64,000 nucleotides of DNA, from IMG/VR virus record IMGVR_UViG_3300010355_000481; one strand, given 5' to 3'. The notes under the pieces were generated by a model. That model was given only the letters and a program-made list of their open reading frames with translations, was not told the DNA's origin and did not search any database. This DNA comes from an uncultured virus (IMG/VR IMGVR_UViG_3300010355_000481) (Duplodnaviria > Heunggongvirae > Uroviricota > Caudoviricetes > Crassvirales). Position 1 is the stretch's first letter, and every line of letters starts with the position of its first letter. Of the stretch, positions 37,847-48,281 are shown piece after piece. The position numbers were made by a program, and so were the translations under genes.

Positions 37847-37885
37847 ATATTACCCTACGTTGCTTTTACACAACGTAGGGATATC
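37847..37885 (-). terminator. Hairpin/terminator after the capsid gene
   Basis: CCCTACGTTG-TGTAAAAG-CAACGTAGGG. Confidence 0.55.
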
Positions 37886-37894
37886 TTATTTTGA

Positions 37895-37939
37895 TTAGCA
37901 TCCGCGTTTTCCGCCTCTGCCTTTTCCTTTTCCTTTCAT
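37895..37939 (-). CDS. 14-aa basic peptide MKGKGKGRGGKRGC
   Basis: Clean ORF between the capsid stop codon and the hairpin. Confidence 0.5.
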   Translation of the reverse strand: MKGKGKGRGGKRGC

Positions 37940-37957
37940 AATATATCTAGTTAGAGA

Positions 37958-39655
37958 TTACATTAAGTTACCGAATGGCTTACCTGTTTTAGGATTGTAA
38001 GGTAAGAATACTAATACTTGAGTAGGATCTTTTACCCAGATACTACCAACTGGCTTACGTAAGAAGGCTCCGAATCCAGAAGTATGTGTTGAAGCGATGT
38101 GGCTATAAGCTGCACCTCCGTCCATAAATCCTGCAGAACTCTTACCATACATCGGATGGCTATCAGTACCGTTGATCACATAGTGACGAACTTTAGGGTT
38201 TGATCTACGAATCAAGAAGATATTATCTTTTTTCGTATTGATGTTGTAAGCGATGTAAGAGAAACTTGACAATCTCCAAGTACCATAAGGTGAACTTACC
38301 ATCGGGTTATCTAATTCAGAAGCGTTCCATGTGTTATCAAATGCAGGGTTGTATTTGATATTTACTTGGTAAACCCCCGGAATAGTCCAACCTGTGAACA
38401 ATGTAGCATTAGCTTTCAAGTTTGTAGACTTACCTTGTAAGAATCCAAATTCTTGGTTTTGTAATACCACCGTAGAACCGAATCCAGAGTTTTGGTATTT
38501 AGCTTGGATAGCATGAGATGCTTGTAACATACCTGCCCATCCTGTTTCTAATTCGATAGAAGGTTCGCTACCTACAGTTGTTAAGTCACGACGACCTAAG
38601 ATGTAGTTTTGTAAACCAGTTTCGATGATACCGATATCAAATCCGTAGATATTGTAAGGGTTAACGTAACCAGACTTTAATTGGAACCATAAACCTGTAG
38701 GTAATTGAATTTCTTCTTGACCATCATATTGTTTAACAGATCCACCTGGAGACCACATCAACATTTGAGACTCATCGTTATGAAGAATACCGTAAGAAAT
38801 ATCATCCATTAAATAAGCGAATGCACCAGAAGCTTGACCGCTACCCAAAGCAGCTTTCATTTGATCCATAGTCATATCAGACTTGGCGCTATTTAAATCA
38901 GGTACAGTTGGATCTGGAACATCACTTACACGGAAGTATTCTTTTACTTTAGTGTAGTAGTTTTTCAAAGTGATTGCTGCAGTAGAACTACCGTCGGCAA
39001 ATTGACAAACTTTGTCAGATAACCAGTAGTGTGAGTTTACTTCGGCGTTAGACACTTTAATGATGTATTCTTTAGCAGAATTCAATCCTTTAAATTTCCA
39101 TGGCGTCCATTCTTGACCATACTCTGGAGAACGTAAACTACCGAAACGACCTAATGGTTGATTTGGTTGTAAGTATTCTTTTGGTACAGATGTCATGCTC
39201 GTAGCAATCAACTGAACAGTAATGATGAAGTTAGTACCGGCAGCACGAACTTGATCAGGAGCTACTAATAAAGCAAATTCCGAGAACTGAGAAGGTTTCA
39301 AGATAGTACCAGGACCGAAAGCGTCACTGTCAACCATCAATTCAAACTTACTGTCATCAGCACCCGGATAGTCAGTATTAGATAAATCTTTTACAATACG
39401 GATAAGGTTGTCTGTTTTTACAGGCACCTTGTAGCGCAATAGGTTACCATCGTGTTCGATGATATTGTTCGTGTCAAAGTCACTCCATTTAAACAAAGGA
39501 AGTTCAGATTTCATGGCTTGTGACCAGAATGTGATTAGACCCAGATCTTTAATATTGTCTGATTCATTTAATCGGGAAGCCAGATTCGTCATGTTAAGAT
39601 GCGACTGGGCATCCTTTAGTTGAGTCTGACGATAAAAAATACCGTATGGATTCAT
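37958..39655 (-). CDS. Major capsid protein
   Basis: 565 aa; portal-scaffold-capsid order; strong codon bias; C-terminal SIWVKDPTQV motif. Confidence 0.85.
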   Translation of the reverse strand: MNPYGIFYRQTQLKDAQSHLNMTNLASRLNESDNIKDLGLITFWSQAMKSELPLFKWSDFDTNNIIEHDGNLLRYKVPVKTDNLIRIVKDLSNTDYPGADDSKFELMVDSDAFGPGTILKPSQFSEFALLVAPDQVRAAGTNFIITVQLIATSMTSVPKEYLQPNQPLGRFGSLRSPEYGQEWTPWKFKGLNSAKEYIIKVSNAEVNSHYWLSDKVCQFADGSSTAAITLKNYYTKVKEYFRVSDVPDPTVPDLNSAKSDMTMDQMKAALGSGQASGAFAYLMDDISYGILHNDESQMLMWSPGGSVKQYDGQEEIQLPTGLWFQLKSGYVNPYNIYGFDIGIIETGLQNYILGRRDLTTVGSEPSIELETGWAGMLQASHAIQAKYQNSGFGSTVVLQNQEFGFLQGKSTNLKANATLFTGWTIPGVYQVNIKYNPAFDNTWNASELDNPMVSSPYGTWRLSSFSYIAYNINTKKDNIFLIRRSNPKVRHYVINGTDSHPMYGKSSAGFMDGGAAYSHIASTHTSGFGAFLRKPVGSIWVKDPTQVLVFLPYNPKTGKPFGNLM

Positions 39656-39684
39656 GTTTTTTTGTTATTTATGTTTATAATATT

Positions 39685-40842
39685 TTACCAGCGATCGTTC
39701 GCAGTGTTTCTTTGTTGTGGTGTTGGTTGCTTTTGTACGTCTACTCCTCCGGCAACTTCTGCATTTACTCTTTTGCGTAAAGTCCTTTCTGTGTTTATCG
39801 CCACACTTTCTTTTAAAGAGTTTGTAATCAAGTTACGATATACTTCAGGTTGTGTTGCATGTAAAAGAAGTTCTGCATAAAATGCTGGATTAGCATTTTG
39901 TCCGAACTTAAGTTCTTCTACGATAGCTTGAAGAGCGTCTACAGGTTGACCTGTTAATTGAGACTGAAACAACGGTTGTGTATTTTCGTACACGAATTGT
40001 TTAACTTCGTTAGGAAGAACTAAACCATTCAAATCAGCTTGAGACAGTGTTTGCCCTACTGCTTCTGTATAACTATTCTGATACCTCGCTGTTTGTTCTG
40101 CAACTGCTTTAGCTTCGTTTTCGGTTTGTTTAACTTGTTCCACGTGGAACTGTTCTAACTTTGGTTTGAAAATAGCTACCTTTTCGTCGAGCATATTCAA
40201 TCCTTTCCAAGTCTCGATATCTTTATTGATCACTTCCGGCGAACCGTATCCTGTCAATGTTAAGTATTGTCGTATGGCATCAGCTTTACCTTCATCTGTA
40301 GTAGTATCTATAGAGAATGCTTGCTCGGTTGCTGCCCATTGTTGTACAAGCATTTGTACATCTTGGCCCCCGTCTAAACCATATCTGATAATAGATTGAA
40401 ACTGGGTAGGTAATGATGCTATCGTTTCGTTGAAGATGTTTTCGTTAACGGCAGAAATCTTATCTTCGACATTTGCAGCTAATAAATCTTTTAAATCTTC
40501 TACTGTTTTGATTTCTCTGTTATCAAACAAATCAATCACACCTTCGTCCGCTAAACCATTAATAGCTTCTAATACTTCAGGACTAACAGGTTTTCCAACT
40601 ATTTCTGCAGGGGCAGTACCAGCTGGAGGAGGTGTTGTAGAGTCAGCAGGTTTTTGTGGTTCTAATAACGAATCGGCTGTTCCTGAATTCGGTATTTGAA
40701 TCGTCTGATCATCTTTTTCCTTATCTGGATCAGTAAGTCCCTGATTACCAGGTGTTTGATTTGTTTCTAGTTCTTCTAAAAGTGATCCGGTAGGTTGGGA
40801 ACCTGCCCAACTTTGGTTGTTAGTTTGTGTTTCGAATGCCAT
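39685..40842 (-). CDS. Capsid scaffolding-like protein
   Basis: Acidic, disordered N-terminus and helical remainder; between portal and capsid genes. Confidence 0.65.
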   Translation of the reverse strand: MAFETQTNNQSWAGSQPTGSLLEELETNQTPGNQGLTDPDKEKDDQTIQIPNSGTADSLLEPQKPADSTTPPPAGTAPAEIVGKPVSPEVLEAINGLADEGVIDLFDNREIKTVEDLKDLLAANVEDKISAVNENIFNETIASLPTQFQSIIRYGLDGGQDVQMLVQQWAATEQAFSIDTTTDEGKADAIRQYLTLTGYGSPEVINKDIETWKGLNMLDEKVAIFKPKLEQFHVEQVKQTENEAKAVAEQTARYQNSYTEAVGQTLSQADLNGLVLPNEVKQFVYENTQPLFQSQLTGQPVDALQAIVEELKFGQNANPAFYAELLLHATQPEVYRNLITNSLKESVAINTERTLRKRVNAEVAGGVDVQKQPTPQQRNTANDRW

Positions 40843-40873
40843 TGGTTTGTTGGTTTATTGGTTATAGGCTTCC

Positions 40874-40888
40874 CTACAATATAAGTTA
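40874..40888 (-). promoter_or_regulatory. Candidate late promoter TAACTTATATTGTAG
   Basis: Repeated motif upstream of structural operons. Confidence 0.5.
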
Positions 40889-40964
40889 GCCTTTTAATAA
40901 TGATTTTTAACTATATAAATTATTTATATGTATAGATACAACGCCTCTAAGAGGATAATGTAAA

Positions 40965-43733
40965 TTACTTTTTATCGTATTTGTTCTTATTGATACGAGC
41001 TACTTGTACTTTCTTTTCTTCGATCGCATTACGTGTCGCCAATGTCTTTTCTTGTAAAAGTTGGTTCTTTTTATCCATGGTTACTTTGTGCTGATCCATC
41101 ATTTGTTTAGAGTTCAAAGTCTTGTCAAAGTTTTGTTGTTTATTGAACTCTTTTAAATTTTCAAGTGAGTCAATTTGCTGATTTGCATTAGCATCAGTTT
41201 GTAAACCACCAAGTTCTTGGATCTCTGCAATAAGTACTTTAGTCTCAAGTTCACGTTCTTTCCAGTAGTTTTCGTTATCCATTTCTTTTTGACGTTGCTC
41301 TGCTTGGGCTCTTTGTTGCTCCTGTAGCATTTTCATATCATGCTCTTGTTTCGCTTGAGCTTCTTGGCGACGCTTATCTTCTGCTTTTTCTAACTGCTCG
41401 ATAATTTGAGAAGGGCTTTGAGTATTATAGATTTTCATATAATCACTCATCTCCGCCCCGACAGTATTAATCTTTTCGGCCATATTCTGCATTTTCTCTA
41501 CAAGTGCTTTCGTAGCCGCAGAACTTTGGCAGAATAATTTTAAATCTGCAAGTAACAATTCTTTACCTTCGATCTCGAACAAAACGTTCTCACCATCAGT
41601 ATTCGTATAACTTAATCGTACAGTTGGTTTAGTAGATGCTAAGTATTGTTCGGCATTTAACATTAATTGACGAACTCTAGGCATAAACTGGTGTAAATGC
41701 TTCTCAAACAAATATTCAGTTTGAGCATATGAATTCTCCATCGAAGCCTGTACGCCCGTAGCTGATTCAGAAGCAAGAGTTGCTCCAGTTCGTTGAGGCG
41801 TAATTCCCAATAGAGAAAAAGCCATATTCTTATAATATTCCCCTAATTGGATATTTCTTAAGATATCTGGGGTATTACTAAAGTCAAGTACTTGGAAATG
41901 TGAGAAACCTGAACCTTGAGGATTATTACCAGGTGATCCGTCCATCAATGCTACGTTAGTGTTACGAATAACTTCTAACCACTTATTCATACTATTCTTA
42001 CCCCATGTACCATCAAATGATTTTTTAGGAATATAGTTCTGATCAATCATGATAACTTTACCATTTGCAAGGTTATTACCTAGCATATCTAAGTTTTGGT
42101 TATTTACGATATTGAAACAAATCTGAGAAGGACTTAATTTTCGTACGAGAGATACAGATTTAGTATTACGATCACTCATTGTATACCCTTCGATAGGAAT
42201 AAGACCGATCTGTAAATCTATAGGATCTCCGCTGATATAAATAGCATCGCCATTTACAGAAGATGCCCCAGGATAATTTCCAGCACCAAGTAATCTACGA
42301 GAGATTTTTGCACCGAAACGAATTTGTGGTTTCCAATACCAATCAATATGTTCGCCGTGGATAAGATTTTCTTTTGTTTTCTTTTGCGTGATAGAATTAT
42401 CATATACTGGCTTATCCGTTATACGGTAATCTTCATCAATTATTTCTACGATAGCTATACCATCTAATCCTTTTTTGGTAAGAGTACCTTGTCTAACATA
42501 AGAACGCCAGTAGGTCTCGGTCACACGAAAAAGATTACTCTTAAGCATAGAATCCAAATCATTCTGATACGTATTACGCTTAAGGGATTGTTCGTATATA
42601 CTTAACGAGGATTTAAGTTTTTCGTTTAGTAAGGCATTCTCGTACGTAACGTCGGTGATATTTTCTGGATATGGTTTAGAGAAATCTGTCCAATTGGATT
42701 TGTCTCCGATATGTGTACCAGCTACGGCATTCACCAGGTGATGCTGATCGGTTATACTATTTACGTTATGACTAGTTTGAAGCAGACGAAAATCAACTTC
42801 ACTCATCATATGTGAATAATTCTTAATAATATCAGATAGAGGTAAATAAATCTGGCGTCCTACATAATTACTTTCCGATGCCCAACGTTGATCAGGGGCC
42901 TTATGTCTAAATACATGTTTAGGGTTCCAAACTTCGGGTAAAATATCATCCTCAAGTGTACGCACATGCATATATGTATGATCAGATACCACGACGTCAC
43001 GGAAAGAAAGAACTTGTAATTCTTTCATATTAAACCTCATATCATCCCAAACTATCATACGATTGGCCCATTGTTCCGCCAATGTTTCGTATGTTTTAAA
43101 CTTTAACTCGGCATCAATTAATTGTTGTGCATAATTAGTTTCTTCCTGGATTTGTTGTTGATTTTCTTCTGTAGGTTGGCCATACTTGGCCGCAATATCA
43201 TCTTGAGCTTTCTTAGACAAGATTTGCATAATATTGTCTTTCTTGTACTTACTCTTTTTGTTTACGGTGAATTCATCTACGCCACGTACGATAATACGCA
43301 TATCACGTTTTAAGTATTCTCCGACTAGTAAATTTACGAACGGCGGAATAAGCGGGAAAAACATGATAGGAAGTTGAGTATCTTCACTTTCCTTGATAAC
43401 ATCTTTGACATAATCACCAAACTCTTCAGAATCGCACCCATAATCTTCAGGAGTTAATATACCTTCGGCCATATCGTAATCCTTAGATAAACCTTTCCAT
43501 TGTAAGGATAGATCATGATAAGCAATACGTTCAAACCAGTCTAAGTTCCATTTCTTCCATTCGTCGTCTTTCTCGAATTTCGAGATCATTTGAATAGGGG
43601 TAATGGCCCAAAGTTTAGCTACATTGATACTCGAAGTCCACCCATTGAGTATTTGGCGCGAAGTCACAACTAAGGAACTCTTAGCTGTCTGGGTAGGTAA
43701 CGGTACTTGTTTTGCTTTCTTGGATTTAGCCAT
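40965..43733 (-). CDS. Portal protein
   Basis: 922 aa; PLIPPFVNLLVGEY and LGITPQRTG motifs; C-terminal coiled coil; follows terminase. Confidence 0.9.
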   Translation of the reverse strand: MAKSKKAKQVPLPTQTAKSSLVVTSRQILNGWTSSINVAKLWAITPIQMISKFEKDDEWKKWNLDWFERIAYHDLSLQWKGLSKDYDMAEGILTPEDYGCDSEEFGDYVKDVIKESEDTQLPIMFFPLIPPFVNLLVGEYLKRDMRIIVRGVDEFTVNKKSKYKKDNIMQILSKKAQDDIAAKYGQPTEENQQQIQEETNYAQQLIDAELKFKTYETLAEQWANRMIVWDDMRFNMKELQVLSFRDVVVSDHTYMHVRTLEDDILPEVWNPKHVFRHKAPDQRWASESNYVGRQIYLPLSDIIKNYSHMMSEVDFRLLQTSHNVNSITDQHHLVNAVAGTHIGDKSNWTDFSKPYPENITDVTYENALLNEKLKSSLSIYEQSLKRNTYQNDLDSMLKSNLFRVTETYWRSYVRQGTLTKKGLDGIAIVEIIDEDYRITDKPVYDNSITQKKTKENLIHGEHIDWYWKPQIRFGAKISRRLLGAGNYPGASSVNGDAIYISGDPIDLQIGLIPIEGYTMSDRNTKSVSLVRKLSPSQICFNIVNNQNLDMLGNNLANGKVIMIDQNYIPKKSFDGTWGKNSMNKWLEVIRNTNVALMDGSPGNNPQGSGFSHFQVLDFSNTPDILRNIQLGEYYKNMAFSLLGITPQRTGATLASESATGVQASMENSYAQTEYLFEKHLHQFMPRVRQLMLNAEQYLASTKPTVRLSYTNTDGENVLFEIEGKELLLADLKLFCQSSAATKALVEKMQNMAEKINTVGAEMSDYMKIYNTQSPSQIIEQLEKAEDKRRQEAQAKQEHDMKMLQEQQRAQAEQRQKEMDNENYWKERELETKVLIAEIQELGGLQTDANANQQIDSLENLKEFNKQQNFDKTLNSKQMMDQHKVTMDKKNQLLQEKTLATRNAIEEKKVQVARINKNKYDKK

Positions 43734-43745
43734 GATTAATGTCTT

Positions 43746-43758
43746 CTAATATAAGCTA
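43746..43758 (-). promoter_or_regulatory. Candidate late promoter TAGCTTATATTAG
   Basis: Repeated motif upstream of structural operons. Confidence 0.45.
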
Positions 43759-43791
43759 CGGCTTTAATTTTAAAAATGAAATTAATTTTTA

Positions 43792-46014
43792 TCATGAAAC
43801 ACGACGTCTCGAGTTAAAATATTGACGTTTCGGTAATGAGATACGTACCAGCTGTTCTTCCTTCTCTTCTGTTTCATCGAACTCTGATAATATACCTGTA
43901 TTGATATACATCTCTACGATAGATAGTACCAAACCAAATGACACCAATCTATCGGTATTCATCCCTTTTTCGTAACCAAGACATTCTCGAAGTAAACCAA
44001 TGTCTTTAATACGCTCTGCACCATATATAGTTCTGACAGTTTCTCCTTGAGGGGTGCGTATAACATCTAATATTTCCGACACGTAATCTTTAATCTTATT
44101 CATGATTAAAGTACGGAGTTTACCATTAGGTGCCATATAAATACCATAACCTCTCTGAACACTGGATTCTACCATAACATCCTCGCCCCAGATATTCTTA
44201 GCTTCCGTATCTGTCATTAGATACTTAGGCGCCAAGTTCTTTAACCGCATGTGATCGATAAATGAGGTTACATTGTTCTCGACGATAGCATAAGCATTAT
44301 ATAGACGTAATAAGTACTCGGCTTGCTCATTAGTTTGTTTACGGTCGTCATAACGACCTATATACCAGGCAACTATCTTATAACCTTCGGTCCTTAACTT
44401 AAATTCTCCCGTTTCTGGGTCTTTATATTTAATCTTGGTAATATTCTCCATGATATAAATACAAAACAATGATTCAGAGGTAGTTGTAGTGTCTGTCATG
44501 ATAGGGTCAACACCTGCAAAATATCGTCTAGCCGCTGGTTCAGACTCCCCTCGATCGACACGAGGCAGTTCTAAGATCTGTACGGCACCTCTCTTGTCAT
44601 CATCTGCTTTTCCTTTAAATGGGAATTCATCAATAGGTTTACGATCAGTATGGCCCCATTTAATTAAGCCGTCTTTATCTTCGTACAATTCACAATTAAT
44701 GATATTAGGTTTTTGTACGACCAATCGATCTTCGGTATTCTTTAAGATACGTTTAGGAAAGAAACCGTCTTTTCTTTGTGCAAATCCCTCTTCTGGACTG
44801 GTGATCTTTTGAGATAAGTCAAGTTGCTTAAGTTCGGAAGCTTTATTTGATAATTTTGCTTTTTCTTTCTCCGATTCGATAAACGCCATGGTTACTTCAA
44901 GGTCTGAATTACCATTTTCGTCGTAGAAAGGTTTATTTGTTATAGGGCAGGTACCTTCAAGGTTGTATGCCTCGGAAATAAACAAACAGCAAGGTTTACC
45001 TGCACGAAGAGGATCTTTGTCCCAGATATTTTCGACCGGGAGAAAGTCATAATCATCTGGCGCATAGAAGATAGTCTTTAAATCTTGGGCATCTTCAAGC
45101 TCACCGAGGGCTCCTGATACGATAATAGTACCAGTCATTAAACTACCTTTTTTCAAGGCAGGTGTAATATACCCCAAAGTTTTAAGCATGGTCGGGGTGA
45201 TACCTGCTTCTTCATAGAAAAATATAGTTTGGGCACCACCTACACCACTCTCAGGGCTTTTCTGGAATGTCGTACCTTTAATCAAAGAGTCATTACCAAC
45301 ATATCCACCATCTTTCAGCTCGATACGTTCGATCCATTCGAGCATTTTGGTTTTGGAAGGACCACTTTTAAAGGCCCCTTGTGTGTTTTTATCGCAGTGA
45401 GCTTTATAACGTTCGAGGAATAACCAAGATTTTTTTACTTTTGTTTCATCGATGGCACCGATCGTGTTGATCGTACCCTCAAACCAAAGATATGACCAAA
45501 ATAGGATAGCCATAATTTTTAAAGAATAACCTTTCTGACGAGCTTTTAACACTCCGACATGTTTACCCTTAAGCATAGCCAAGATAACATAGTGGAAAAA
45601 GTACAAGTCATTATCATGTACCAAGGCGAATGATTTCTTCGCACGAATATCATCCATGAACGGACAAAAATTCAGATAGAAGTGGTAAAATCCAGGTACA
45701 TACATATCATCATAGATGACACCTTTCTGACATTTTTCTTTTTCGAACGTCCAAAACTTAATATAAGTCGTAGATCCTTTGGGACCTTTTTGGTACATAC
45801 CCCCATCTAAACCAGAACGTGGGCAAGACTTGGCATATGTCATACCAGTTTCTTTCCACTTCTTCACATTCTTTAAATTGTAGTTCCCCGGCGTTTTAAA
45901 ACAAGATTCGACGTAAGTAGTAAATTCTTCTTTCGTTTCGAATAGCCTATCAACCCAAGTATCGGTGGTTGAATTATAGGAAGGGACTCTAAGGGGGAAT
46001 TCTAAAAATCTCAT
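43792..46014 (-). CDS. terL: Terminase large subunit
   Basis: LKARQKGYS Walker A; FFYEEAG Walker B; FAGVDP nuclease motif; NTDRLVS. Confidence 0.92.
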   Translation of the reverse strand: MRFLEFPLRVPSYNSTTDTWVDRLFETKEEFTTYVESCFKTPGNYNLKNVKKWKETGMTYAKSCPRSGLDGGMYQKGPKGSTTYIKFWTFEKEKCQKGVIYDDMYVPGFYHFYLNFCPFMDDIRAKKSFALVHDNDLYFFHYVILAMLKGKHVGVLKARQKGYSLKIMAILFWSYLWFEGTINTIGAIDETKVKKSWLFLERYKAHCDKNTQGAFKSGPSKTKMLEWIERIELKDGGYVGNDSLIKGTTFQKSPESGVGGAQTIFFYEEAGITPTMLKTLGYITPALKKGSLMTGTIIVSGALGELEDAQDLKTIFYAPDDYDFLPVENIWDKDPLRAGKPCCLFISEAYNLEGTCPITNKPFYDENGNSDLEVTMAFIESEKEKAKLSNKASELKQLDLSQKITSPEEGFAQRKDGFFPKRILKNTEDRLVVQKPNIINCELYEDKDGLIKWGHTDRKPIDEFPFKGKADDDKRGAVQILELPRVDRGESEPAARRYFAGVDPIMTDTTTTSESLFCIYIMENITKIKYKDPETGEFKLRTEGYKIVAWYIGRYDDRKQTNEQAEYLLRLYNAYAIVENNVTSFIDHMRLKNLAPKYLMTDTEAKNIWGEDVMVESSVQRGYGIYMAPNGKLRTLIMNKIKDYVSEILDVIRTPQGETVRTIYGAERIKDIGLLRECLGYEKGMNTDRLVSFGLVLSIVEMYINTGILSEFDETEEKEEQLVRISLPKRQYFNSRRRVS

Positions 46015-46523
46015 TAACGTATACTACTAATTTCGAAATCACCTTTAGTATTGGCTTTAAGTTCTTCGTCGATCTGTTTTTTCGTGGCTGCATAGGAAGC
46101 AGCAAGTTTGCCGGCATTCTCGATCAGTTTTGCTCTTTGGGCATAATCATCGCTAGTGATCGGGGTCGTCTTCATATAATATATTAAACGGGCCAGTTCT
46201 TCTTCAAGTTCCTCGTAGAAACGTACTAACGGGGAACTATAGATTTCCTTGAGTCTTTCTACGCAACGAGGAAGTAATGGTTCATCTTCATCGAAAGCTC
46301 CGATATTAACGTGCACCTCACGTATAGCCAATTCTCTTTTCTCTATCTCTGGATAGTTACGGAAAGGACTAGTAAAGTTGGACATTAAATCACAATAAGC
46401 AATATAGGGTTCGGCGTCAAGTTCATACTTATCGAGGATATCTTTTACTTCCTCGACCATATATGCATGCGCTGTTAATACTAAACGCCCATTTTCGGTA
46501 ACTTCAAATAATTTAGGACTCAT
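46014..46523 (-). CDS. Putative terminase small subunit
   Basis: Helical 169 aa protein coupled directly upstream of terL. Confidence 0.5.
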   Translation of the reverse strand: MSPKLFEVTENGRLVLTAHAYMVEEVKDILDKYELDAEPYIAYCDLMSNFTSPFRNYPEIEKRELAIREVHVNIGAFDEDEPLLPRCVERLKEIYSSPLVRFYEELEEELARLIYYMKTTPITSDDYAQRAKLIENAGKLAASYAATKKQIDEELKANTKGDFEISSIR

Positions 46524-46837
46524 TATGCTATGTTTTTACCCTCTACATTTCTTTTTTTACGATCGGCAGTACGTTTCTCTAACCATAAGAGCCCAGTTTC
46601 AAAATGCGTGATTGCTACCGCATTTTCTTTACAAGGGAATTTTCCCTGAAGATAGTGCATACGATCGATCAAAATCGCACATAATTCTTCGTTAGTAGTA
46701 CCGTCGTTAATAGTTATTAAATCCGTATCCGTAGTCAACACACCTGGTGCTTTTTCGATAAATTGAATTGTTTGTCCATTTTCTGGATTCTCAAAATTGG
46801 CCGCCACATATTTGTGACCTTCTGTTATAATTTGCAT
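46523..46837 (-). CDS. tad1: Tad1-like anti-defence nucleotide sponge
   Basis: GTTNEELCAILIDRMHYLQGKFPCKENAVAITHFETGLLWLEKRTADRKKRNVEG fits the Tad1 pattern. Confidence 0.75.
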   Translation of the reverse strand: MQIITEGHKYVAANFENPENGQTIQFIEKAPGVLTTDTDLITINDGTTNEELCAILIDRMHYLQGKFPCKENAVAITHFETGLLWLEKRTADRKKRNVEGKNIA

Positions 46838-46844
46838 TGGTTTA

Positions 46845-47519
46845 TTATTTTAATGTGTTTAATAAAGCCTCTACCTCTCTTCTGAGATAAGGAACTTCGT
46901 ATATTGTTTCTTTACCCGGTTCTAAGGTTTCTTCGTTGAACTTGGTATGAAGGATACGAAGAACTCCTGGACGAAGGGATTTGTTGTGATACAACACCAT
47001 TCGCATGTAGAGGGAGAGCTGAAGGTTATGTAATAAGTAGTTGCATTCATCTAAGTGAGATATTGGGGGTTGAAGTTTCTTTTTCGTGGAAAACTTACCG
47101 TTCGTTATACGGTAAGATTCTTTATAAATTTCTTTATCGCTCTTAAAATCATCTATATTTACACATTTGTTGACGACGGTGATACGATCAGGAACACCTA
47201 TCAATCCAAACTTTTCTACGATAAAGGGTTTTTCGTCGTATATAAAACCTTCTTTGACTGTATAATCCTGCTGCGTATATTCTTCACCTTCTTCGTGTTT
47301 CTTATATGCGTAATAGATATAATTTTCTGCGTCTGCATATTCTTGGCGCTTACGGTGATGGAGAGATTCCCCTTTGGTTTGCCCCTTAATACGGGCATCT
47401 TCCCATTCACGTCTGAGTTCATCGACAGTCATACCCCTTTCTTTCGACTTGGTTTTTAATTTCTTTTCCCAGTCTACAGGTGTTTTAAAACTTTCGATAA
47501 ATTCTTTTACCCCTTGCAT
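46845..47519 (-). CDS. PD-(D/E)XK exonuclease
   Basis: GESLH...EKP...GVPD...IDDFKS...LQLSLY. Confidence 0.8.
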   Translation of the reverse strand: MQGVKEFIESFKTPVDWEKKLKTKSKERGMTVDELRREWEDARIKGQTKGESLHHRKRQEYADAENYIYYAYKKHEEGEEYTQQDYTVKEGFIYDEKPFIVEKFGLIGVPDRITVVNKCVNIDDFKSDKEIYKESYRITNGKFSTKKKLQPPISHLDECNYLLHNLQLSLYMRMVLYHNKSLRPGVLRILHTKFNEETLEPGKETIYEVPYLRREVEALLNTLK

Positions 47520-47785
47520 TCAAGATATACTTTAAGTTCGTTTAATTGGTTGGCGCCGAATCCTGCATATGCAACATCATCTTTACCAGCTTCGCGATGG
47601 ATAATAGTCGGGAATCCGAATAATCCATAGCTTTGAATAATATTGTATCTATCTTCTTCCGAAGAGTTTTCATCGTCCATTATAGAGACTTTTTCCTGAG
47701 AACACTTTGGTAATGTAGATACGAATTGTTTAAGTGCTACGCATGGTGCACAATTGGCTTTTGAAATAATTACTATCTCTTTCAT
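47507..47785 (-). CDS. Thioredoxin/glutaredoxin
   Basis: CAPC motif and FPT cis-Pro loop; start revised to MKEIVII. Confidence 0.8.
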   Translation of the reverse strand: MKEIVIISKANCAPCVALKQFVSTLPKCSQEKVSIMDDENSSEEDRYNIIQSYGLFGFPTIIHREAGKDDVAYAGFGANQLNELKVYLECKG

Positions 47786-48279
47786 AATTTGGTTAGGTTG
47801 TAAGTTAACATTTCTTGTAGACGCTCGTAGGTAAACCATACGTCTTCGTTGTTTTTAATACGTTTCCATTCATCTTTGGTATATCCTACTACGTCATGGA
47901 GACTTTTGCTATATTCAAGGTTACTGTTAGAATTTATGAAAGACGCATACTCATTCTTATTCTTAGTATTTCCTTCGTAATAATCTAAGGTCTGCTTAAA
48001 CAAATGACTCATCCCCTCAGTATAAGGTACGATTCTTTTCTTGCACTTCGCTTTAAAGAATAGTTGCATACCATTAGAACATATTTGGTGATAAGCAATC
48101 AGCTCTGTACTTTCGGTATGATTATTAATCAGATCGATCATAGCTAAAGTTACGCCATTCAAACCACCAGGAGTTCGTAGGTATATTTTATACTGAGTTT
48201 CGGCATCTCCTGTATTGTACATTTGTACGAGATCTTCTAATGTTTCGTCGTCTAAGGCGGTATCGATTTTTAATATCAT
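47782..48279 (-). CDS. ClpP-like serine protease
   Basis: IYLRTPGG...ICSNG...RIVPYTEGMSH...DVWFT. Confidence 0.75.
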   Translation of the reverse strand: MILKIDTALDDETLEDLVQMYNTGDAETQYKIYLRTPGGLNGVTLAMIDLINNHTESTELIAYHQICSNGMQLFFKAKCKKRIVPYTEGMSHLFKQTLDYYEGNTKNKNEYASFINSNSNLEYSKSLHDVVGYTKDEWKRIKNNEDVWFTYERLQEMLTYNLTKL

Positions 48280-48281
48280 AA

